A stretch of 64,000 nt of DNA from the human T2T-CHM13v2.0 reference genome, Homo sapiens. Below the pieces are notes generated by a model. It made no database searches and had not been told where the DNA came from. It worked only from the letters and a program-made list of their open reading frames with translations. Location: assembly GCF_009914755.1 (NCBI RefSeq), contig NC_060943.1, one strand, 5' to 3'. The translations under genes were made by a program, and so were the position numbers. Every line of letters starts with the position of its first letter. Position 1 is the first letter of the stretch. Positions 53,344-64,000 of the stretch are shown here, piece by piece.

Positions 53344-56300
53344 AGACAACAATACTAGAGCTTGTCTTTTGATGTCCATCTGTCCTAACTGGGAACAAGA
53401 GACTTGGAAGACACCGTGGCTGATTTACTATGTGTTCCCCAGACCATGACCCCACAGAGTCAGCCTCAGGGGAGAGTTTGGGGAATGGTTAATTCATGGA
53501 GACAGGGATAGTCCATGGGTAGAAGAGGGTTTTATTATATCTAGGTGACTGCAAGTATCCTAGCTCTAGGTTTTAGGAAGAGGTCCATTTTTAAAAATAA
53601 CTTTGCTTAAGCCTTTTGGGGTTTTGTCTGGTTTCTGGGTTGAATCCACATTGAAGATATTTTTATTGACTGATGTATTTAGACTAGAAGTGTATTGTTG
53701 TTTTATTTATAAAACACACAATATGCAGAAATAGAAAATGAAATTAATTTCTATTCTCCTTTGAATTACCAAACAACATCCTACAGGTAATTCTTGAGTT
53801 TAAATATTTCCAACCATTGTAAAATGTACCATTCTTCTGGTTGGGAACATATATTTTTTAATGGCAGTGTTCAACAAATTAACTTTAAATACTAGGTTAG
53901 GTCCCAGTTTGTTTGTTTTTTGTTTTTTTTCATGGAACTAGACTGAATGATTCTGAATTTTATTTGGAAAATAAAATTTCCAAGAATCATTAGGAAAATA
54001 TAGAAACTATATAGTAACATGTCTTTGTTCATATATAAGTTTTTAGAATAGCTCTTTAGAACCATATTTTAAAAAACAGAAAAACAAACCCATCCATATA
54101 TGAGCATTTTGAATGCGATAAAGCAGGATTTCAAATCAGCGTGAAAATGGCAATCGTAAGATTCAGTGTTTGTGTTGTTGGCTATCAATTTAGGGAAAAA
54201 ATAAATGTAGATTTATTTGTTTATCCAAAGGAGTTACAGTTAGGGCATCACTGTCCAAAATGGTAAGAGATGTTAGGATCTTAATTTTTGTTCAACATCT
54301 AAGTGAGTGAGTAGAGTTAGAAGATCTGGTAAAAAATTATGAAGTATTATCCTAGGTGGAGTACTTGGCATGGCTGGCTTTTCCCAGCCCTCCCCCATGG
54401 CAATTCATGGGCTGGCTTTCATACTTCTTAACAGAAAAATACTTTGAGGCCGGGTACAGTGTCTCACACCTGTAATCCCAGCACTTTGGGAGGCCAAGGC
54501 AGGCAGATCACAAGGTCAGGAGTTTGAGGCCAGCCTGGCCAATATGGTGAAACCCCATCTCTACTAAAAATACAAAAATTAGCCAAGCGTGGTGGTGGGT
54601 ACCTCTAGTCCCAGCTACTCAGGAGGCTGAGGCGGGAGAATCGCTTGAACCTGGGAGGCGGGGGTTACTGTGAGCTGAGATCACACCACTGCACTCCAGC
54701 TTGGGTAACAGAGCGAGACTCCATCTCAAAAAAAAAAAAAAAAAAACTTTTTGAGATAAACTATTTTATAATAGTTTAAAAACTATTGAGTTTTAATCCC
54801 CTAGAGTCTTAGAATTTAATTATTCTCTTCCATAAAATTGTGTCACAAAACGATTTCAAAGTTAAACATGTTCTTTTTGTGTTTAACTTTTAGAAAGAAT
54901 ATCACAGCTTTCAATTTATTTTTATTTTATTTAAAGACCAGTGTGGCTGGGTGTGGTAGATCACACCTGTAATCCCAACATTTTGGGAGACTGGGGCGTG
55001 TGGATCACTTGAGGCCAGGAGTTCGAGACCAGCCTGGACAACATGGTGAAACCCCATCTCTACTAAAAATACAGAAATTAGCCAGGCCGTGATGGTGCAT
55101 GGCTGTAATACCCACTACTCAGGAGGAGAATCGCTTGAGCCCAGGAGGCGGAGATTGCAGTGAGCTGAGATTGGCCACTGCATTCCAGCCTGGGCGACAG
55201 AGTGAGACTGTCTCAAAAATAATAATAAAGAACAGTGTGATAGTATACAGCTTTCAATTTAATTCATCCATATAACTAAGATTTTGTCTTAAATTGTTAA
55301 AAATTCTTAGCAAAAAATAGAACAGATGCTACCTGAAGACTTAAATATATTTAAAAAGATACAAACCCCAGGATATGGTTTCTATGGAGCCACGCAAAGA
55401 GAACAGGAATTGTAAGAAAGGGGTAGAAGGCTACATTCTATCCTTTGGCCCAGCCCCAGCCCCAACCGTGTTGATTGTTAAACTCACATTAGGCCCTCTG
55501 CTCAGAACCTCTCAGGAGAGAAAATTGAGGCAGATAACCTGAGCTGTCCACCTGGGCCTGGCCTGGTACTAAAATCTGTGTGCAAATTTGGAACCTGATT
55601 AGGAGGCAAGCACCACAAAGTATTCAGTTATGTGGCTTCTTCTGAGTCTGGTGTTTTGATGATTTTCCAGTCTGTCTAGAAAGCCATTCACTAGTGCTTT
55701 ATCTTTCCCATCCTGAGATGACAGCTCTAGATGTTTAAAACCAACAGAAACCTGTCCCAGAGTAACCACTGTCCATCCTACCATTCTCACGGTAAGTAGT
55801 AGACTACACTACACAAAGAAAATTTTGAAGAACAGATGGTAAACAGTATGAGACAATATCACCTCAAATCCACAAGTCTGTTAGGGTCACCATTAAAATG
55901 TTCAATTTTAAAAGAGGTCATAGTAAGTTTTTATTTGTTTATTTATTTTTAAATTTTTATTTATTTTTATTGAGATGGAGTCGCACTCTGTCACCCAGGC
56001 TGGAGTGCAGTGGTGCGATCTTGGCTCACCACAACTTCCGCCTTCCAGGTTCAACTGATTCTCCTGCCTCAGCCTCCTGAGTAGCTAGAATTACAGGTGC
56101 ATACCACCATGCCCAGCTAATTTTTGTATTTTTAGTAGAGACAGGGTTTCCCCATGTTGGCTAGGCTGGTCTCGAGTCCTGACTTCAGGTGATCCACCTG
56201 CCTCGGCCTCCCAGAGTGCTGGGATTACAGGCCTGAGCCACCACGCCTGATCTAAGTAAGTTTTTAAATAGCTATTTCATTTAATTCTAATTATTATGTA

Positions 56301-56509
56301 ACAGTGGTTATCTAAGTGTGGTCAGATAATGTTTGGGGGCCAGGCACAGTGGCTCATGCTTGTAATCCCAGCCCTTTGGGAGGCTGAGGCGGGCGGATCA
56401 CTTGGGGTCAGGAGTTCGAGACCAGTCTGGCCAACATGACAAAACCTCGTCTCTACTAAAAATACAAAAATTAGCCGGGCATGGTGGCGCACACCTGTAA
56501 CCCCAGCTA

Positions 56510-56620
<111 letters not shown>

Positions 56621-58299
56621 TCAAAAAAAAAAAAAAAAAAAAAAAAGAGACCCGAAAGAATGAAAAACAAAAGTATTTCATTCTGGAACTAGACACAGAA
56701 TGAAGACATTGTGTGAGGACCTGAGCTGCTGCAGCTACCTTGCAACCACATAAAGCAACACTGCCAATACATTGAGGACTGCAGAGCAGGAGGAAGGATT
56801 CTTGCTACAATTGGTCACCTGCTAAGCCAACTGAACTTCTTGCTAAGTGGGGAAATAAATATCTTTACTGTATAAGCTACTTTCAGTTGAGCATATAACT
56901 GTATAACTTCCTATTAAAAGCATCTTAATTGAAATTCCCAAATTCGTATCTCTAGTACCAACATTTCACTGAGCTCCACACACATATATCTAAATGCCTA
57001 CTTGATATCACTCTTTTGAAATCCAACAAGCATCTGCGACTTAACATGATACCTCACCACCCACCCCATCCTAGATAACTGCCACATACTCATTTTCCCC
57101 TATCTTAGTAAATAACACTACCATTTTTCCAGGGGCTCAAGACATTTAGGCATTATATTGAACTTCTCTCTTTCCCTATATTCACAACCAAGCATCAGCA
57201 ACTTCTGTTAGTTCTACACTCAAACTGTATCCCAATCTGACAATTTCTCATTGCCTCTTCCAGTGATGACCCTAATTCAAACCACCATCATCATAAGACC
57301 ATTGGTCTCCAAAATAGTTTATACATAAATGAGCCTGTCATTGACATGTAGAGACCTGGGTCAACAGTACAGATGGAGGTCCCCAGCCAGTCCCCTTCTG
57401 TTCCCACTGCCATCCTTGTCCCACATCGTAAGAGGTCTTCTATTCCCACATGTGGACACTCCAGCTTGCATATCTAAGCTCTGTCTAGCCTTACCAAATT
57501 GCTCTCATTTGGCCACATTTTGTGGATAGGCAGCACATTCCACCTTTGGAAGACAGATCAAGGGAAGGGTCTTTGGACACAGAGGAGATACAGGCTCTGG
57601 AAGCAGGCTGGAGTCCATTTGAACAGGAAATCCTGGGGATTTGGATACCCAGAGCATGGTCTGAAAGAAGGTTGTGAGATCTTTGCAGGCATGTTTCTGC
57701 CTATGGACTTTCACCAGGAAGGAAACTGCTTGACTAGAGGAGGGCCAAAGTGTGGCCTTTTGTATGTTTAATAATATTAAAATGTTAAATATATTATTTT
57801 GACCAATTGAGAAATAATAATAATAATAAAATAGGCCGGGTGCGATGGCTCATGCCTGTAACCCCAGCACTTGGGGAGGCCGAGGCAGGTGGATCACAAG
57901 TTCAGGAGATGAAGACCATCCTGGCCAACATGGTGAAACCCCATCCCTACTAAAAATACAAAAATTAGCTGGGCGTGGTGGCAGGTGCCTGTAATCCCAG
58001 CTCCTCAGGAGGCTGAGGCAAGAGAATCGCTTGAACCCGGGAGGCGGAGGTTGCAGTGAGCGCCGAGATTGCCTCAATAAAAGATACCACAGACCCCGCC
58101 CATGGCAGGAGATGGGGGTGAAGGAACAGTAAGACCAGGAGACAGTCAGATACACATCGGATCAGTGGTATCCTCACAGTAACAGAAACGGTCACCCCCA
58201 ATGTCAGCCACAGTCTCTTTCATCCACAATCACTTTCACATTCAGCTACCCACAATCACGGGACGTGATTTAAAATACAGAAGCTCCCTGCACTGACAA

Positions 58300-58850
58300 A
58301 ATCCGCCGCTCCTTTCGTCGGCAAGCATAAAGGTGTGCAGCAACAGTCACACACGAACCACCACACCCAAGCATTCAACCAGTCAGCCCCGCGCGCAGCC
58401 TGGCCGCTTTCCCCAACACAGCAGCTCAAGGTCACTGGAGAGCCTACGACCGCACACAGCCCTCTCCGGTACCTGCCCCCGTGGCGCAGGCGCGCAGTGG
58501 AGGGGGCCGCGGGGTTCTCTGGGAGATGTAGTTCAACGATGACGGCCGTGGCGCAAAGCGTTCTGGGGCTCGTGGTTCGCGGGGTCCATGGGGAACGCGG
58601 TGTCGCTGGTTCAGATCTCGCAGAGCTCAGAGTCCTGCATGCCTCAGTCCTCGCCTCGCTCCTCCTCGCGGAGGATTCTGGGAGGTGACGTCGCGGGTCT
58701 CGGTCGCGGGGCCCGTTTGCAGAGCCCGCGGCGCCGGGAGGTGAGTGGGGCCGGGCCCCGGGCGGGAGCGGGAAGTCAAGGGCGGGCTCCGGGTGGCCCG
58801 GCCGCGCCAGGGATGGGAACCCGGCAGGAGTCGCTGGGGAGGCCGTGTGT
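58300..58850 (+). promoter_or_regulatory. ZNF527: CpG-island promoter and non-coding exon 1 of ZNF527 (ends 58740)
   Basis: NRF1-like GCGCAGGCGC 58484-58493; ZNF143-type CTGGGAGATGTAGTTC 58519-58534; donor GAG|GTGAGT at 58740/58741. Confidence 0.85.
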
Positions 58851-59420
58851 GTTTCACTGTATTACCAACTATGTGACAGGCTGCGGGTGTGACAGAATGT
58901 GATCTTGTGTCACTGTGTGTGTGTGTTTGTGCGCGTGCGCCCGCTTGTGTGTGACTGTAACCATCTGTGTCTGGGGGTGAAACTGTGAATATGTGTGTTT
59001 GTGTGTGACTGTCTCTGCAGGTGTAGCTGTGTATGTGTTTATGAGAGACTGGGGTGTGACATTGTGTGTTTGTGTAAATGCATGTGTGTGGTTATGTGAC
59101 CACCTGTTTCTGCGGATACAATTGCGTTTGAATGTGTGTGACAGCAAGTGTGATTGTGCGACTATGACCATCTGTCTCCGCAGGTATAGTTTTGTATCAG
59201 TAATTGTGACAAGATGTGTGACTTCTGTGGTATGCTACTTTGTGTGTGATTGTGTGTGATTGTTTATCTCTGTTGGTGTAGTTGTATGTTACCATCTATC
59301 TTTGTGCTTATGTGGCTGTGTATTGTGTGAGATTATGGGTGTGTTTGTGTGACTCTATACATTTGTGATTGGGTGAGAATTTGTGTGTATATATGAGATT
59401 GTGGGATTGATGTATGAAGC
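58846..59420 (+). repeat. GT-rich low-complexity tract at the start of intron 1
   Basis: Degenerate (TG)n / TGTGA repeats. Confidence 0.85.
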
Positions 59421-59457
59421 ACAGAAATATTAGAATTACCCAAGTTCACACAGTTAA

Positions 59458-59793
<336 letters not shown>

Positions 59794-59961
59794 TGAGGCG
59801 CTGCGCCCTGCTGCAGTTTTTATGGACAATTTCAAGCTGCACTACACTAAGGAAATAACTGCTAGGGACTGAGTTGCCTAGTGCAAAGTAGTCCAGAATT
59901 AGGGGGTGAAATTAGGGGGTGATGTATACTGAATTCTAGGTCAACCACAGTTGTCCCTTTC

Positions 59962-59998
<37 letters not shown>

Positions 59999-61713
59999 TT
60001 TTTTGAGACAGAGTCTTGCTCTGTCCTGTAGGCTAGAGTGCAGTGGTGCAATCTCGGCTCACAGCACCCTCTACCTCCTGGGTTCAATCAAGCCTCCCAC
60101 CTCAGCCTCCCAAGTAGCTGGGACTACAGACACATGCCACCACGCCCAACTAATTCTTGTACTTTTTGAGGAGATGGGGTTTTGCCATGTTGCCCAGGCT
60201 GGTCTTGAATTCCTAGTCTCAAGTGATTTGCCCACCTTGACCTCCCAAAGTGCTGGGATTACTGGTGTGAGCCACTGTGCCCAGCCTGTCTCTATTTTTA
60301 CAATGAAGAAATGTTGGCTCTAAGAGGACAAGGAACTTACTTCAGATTGCCCAGTTTGTTGTTGCTTTAGTATTAAAATTTGGCGATGTTTCCCTCAGGC
60401 TGCATTTCTGTAGAGAAATAAAGGTAACACCTGCCATCTCTAAAGATGCCTCTCTAAGGAATATATGGCATTGATTACTCGGGTTGTGTTGAATATTTCC
60501 CATTCAGACATCGTGGCCTCTCAAAAGAGGACTGGTTTTGAGGTCACATTTCAGTTGGACCCCGGACTTTGAGTTGGTTGTTTAAGCTTCTGGAACCTCC
60601 CTTTTACTACCAGTAAAGTGGAGATATTAATACCTATCTTTGTAGTTTTGTGGAGCAGTAGTAGTTCTGAGGATTAAATGAGATAATGACACAATGAGAT
60701 AACCATGTGTGACAGTCTCTCTATCTTTGTGCTAATACGGCTGTGTGTGTGAGAGAGAGAGATTATGCCACCGATTGTGTAAATGTGTATATGTTTGTGA
60801 TTGGGTGAGAATTTTATGTGTATGTGAGATCACGGGATTATGTCGGACCTAGTCTGATTGTGAGGCACAGGAAGATTAAAATTACTTGCCCAACACAGCA
60901 TGAGTTAACATTGTATATTTATATTACATAAGGCACAGTAAAATTTATTTATTCATTTATCTAATTTTTTGAGAGACTACAATGGTCTGGTGGTGTTCTG
61001 TCATTAGAATACACCTGTGAACCAAACAAAACCTAGTTCTCTTGGATCTTACAATCTTGCATGGGAAGAGAAACAATAAAGAAACAAAGCAGTATGTAAC
61101 ATGTCCAGTGGTGATAAATGCTGAGAAAAAAATAATTCAGGGTAAAGAAAAATGGAGTACCTGGAACAGGGGTTCCCTTGAGGTAGAATTTTCAGGGAAG
61201 TCCCTCTGATGAAGGGACACCTGAATGCAGATAGGAATAAAGAGGAGTGGCCCATGCTGGTGTCTGGGAGAAGGTTCCAGACGGAAGGAAAAGTCCACAA
61301 CCCTGAAGAAGGGGTGTACAGTGTTTGAGTAACAGTAGGAAGACATGTGCCTGGAGTGTGGCGAGTAAGGGGCGGAAGGGTAGGAAATTAGGTCAGAGGT
61401 GCAGCCAGGGGCCAGATCATGAACCACCTTGTTGGCCGTAGGACAGACTTTGGATTTTGTTGAGTTCAGGCTATGCGTCCTTAATATATAAGTCAAGACT
61501 TTGGGAGTTAAGTTCAGCATTGGATTCCACCCCGCCACCCCTGGCCAGATCTTGGAAAAGGTGAGGCTGGCCCATGTAGGGAGAAGAAAGGGGCAGTAGT
61601 ATTTTTGTGGGTCTTGGACCAAAAACACAGGGCTGGCACATCATCATTTCTTCATTAACTCTCCCTTCTCAGGACTTTGTTCTTCTTCAGAAGAGAAAAC
61701 TGAAGAAGGAGGA

Positions 61714-61746
61714 ATGGCTGTGGGGCTTTGTAAAGCCATGTCCCAG
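61714..61746 (+). CDS. ZNF527: ZNF527 first coding exon (exon 61673-61746), MAVGLCKAMSQ; gene continues beyond the window
   Basis: Acceptor CTCCCTTCTCAG, Kozak GGAATGG, donor CAG|GTAAGC, phase 0. Peptide matches the ZNF527 N-terminus as I remember it. Confidence 0.85.
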
Positions 61747-62736
61747 GTAAGCATGCTCTTTCACTTTGTTTTCAGACATTTGACCTCATTTTTCAGGACT
61801 TTGGGACCACAGGGAAAATCACAAATAGCCCAATGAGCACCCCTTCCACTTCTCTCTCCACCTTTTGTTCATATAATCCTTCTACAAAACATTTAATATC
61901 TTTTTTAGTCAGTGTTATGCTCAAATGTGTGATGGAGCAGAGCTATCCTCTTTAGATGGATGATGATTTGTTGAGTCGGCAATGAGTGCAAGTGAAATAA
62001 GGGATAGAGTTTGATTACTGAGTGATCTATTAAATAGGGAGGTCAAGGATGGCCTCTCTGAGGAAGTGACATTTAGCAAAACAAAACTTCAGTGAAAGTA
62101 GCAAGTAAGTTTTGTGGAGATCTGGGGAAGAGCTTTAAAAGAAGGAGTACAAAGTTATTATGGTGGGAACATGTTTGGTGTATTCCAGGAATAGCAATGA
62201 GTCTGTCCTTGGAGGGAAATGAGCACTGTGATGTCAGAGGTATAGCTGGGAACCAAATTACGTAGGCCCTTTCAAGTCATGATCTGAACTTTGAATTTGG
62301 TTCTAAGTGAAGGAGAGCCATTGGAACGTTTGTGATCTGATTTGATTTATGCCTTAAAGTGAAAACAGATAGCAGGGGAGTACAGGTGGAAGCAGAGAGG
62401 CCAGTCAGGAGACTCTTTTAGTAATCCAGACAGGAGGTGATAGCAGCCTGGATCATGGTGGTGGCATTGGAGCTAGTGAGATTCTGGGTATAGACTGGAG
62501 ATAGAAAATGCGATTTGATCAAGGATTCGTTGTGGCATGTGAGAGGAAGAAGTCAGGATGCCTACAGAGATTTTTGGCTAGGCAGCTACATGAATGGGCA
62601 TCCCATTTACTGAGCTGGAAAGACAATGTGAAGTGGGATGGATATCAATAATTGAATTCTGGATATATTTAGAGACCTTTTGGATATCCAAATGGAATGC
62701 TGATTATACATCTGGAGTTCAGGACTACAGATGTGA

Positions 62737-63177
<441 letters not shown>

Positions 63178-63658
63178 GTCCTTAGTGTATTTAAAACATG
63201 AGACAGGATGAGATTATCTTGAGGGCAGTTTTGTGGTGAACGTAGATAGGAAAGAGATCGAAGGACTGGCTTTAGGATGTTCAACATTCAGAGCCACACA
63301 AGAAGAGGAGGAACCAGCAAAAGAGACTGAGAAGAACTGATGTAGAAGGAAAACCAGAAGAGTGTGGGTTCTGGAAGCCAAGAGGAGAAAGTGTTTCAAG
63401 GATGGGATGATCAACTGAGCTAAGTTCCTCTGAGAGGGACTGAAGAAGACGAAGACTGAGAACTCACCGTTGGATTTGGTAACATGGAAATATTCTTGAC
63501 AAGAGCTACTTCATGGAATGACTGGGATGAAGACATCATTGTGGTGGGTTTAAGAGAGAATGGAGGCCGGGTGCGGTGGCTTATGGCTGTAATCCCAGTA
63601 CTTTGGGAGGCCAAGATGGCGGGACCATCGCCTGAGCCCAGGAGTTCAAGACCAGTTA

Positions 63659-63874
<216 letters not shown>

Positions 63875-64000
63875 TTAAAAAAAAATAAAAAATAAAAATA
63901 AAAAGGCTAGGTGCAGTGGCTCATGCTCATGCCTATTATCCCAGCACTTTGGGAGGCTAAGGCAGGTGGATGACCTGAGGTCAGGAGTTCAAGGCTAGCC

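Overview
Human (primate) genomic DNA, Alu/LTR-dense, from a KRAB zinc-finger cluster. From the spliced proteins I recognise 19q13.12: the whole of ZNF875 (HKR1) and the 5' end of ZNF527, both on the + strand. ZNF875 has a CpG promoter at ~22.1 kb, an ATG exon (22681-22769), an alternative ATG exon (~32123-32287), a 127-nt KRAB-A exon, a 96-nt KRAB-B exon and a last exon with 13 C2H2 fingers. This gives 640 aa, or 659 aa with the alternative start. Two more promoter-like regions (~0.3 kb, ~5.4 kb) with non-coding exons lie upstream. Most six-frame ORFs are Alu/L1/LTR artefacts. I see no wholly new biological system. The most notable observations are: (1) the last exon of ZNF875 looks like a PRDM9-type exon joined to ordinary cluster-type KRAB exons, with fossil fingers on both sides; (2) an HML-6/LTR3-like solo LTR carries tRNA-Lys-derived sequence at its end, and an empty-site copy of its target survives 1.1 kb away; (3) two short locally templated insertions; (4) a full-length 968-bp LTR5_Hs nested in an Alu ~2.3 kb upstream of the main promoter; (5) an LTR supplies the first poly(A) signal after the ZNF875 stop. 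Gene names and repeat subfamily names are from memory, not from a search.
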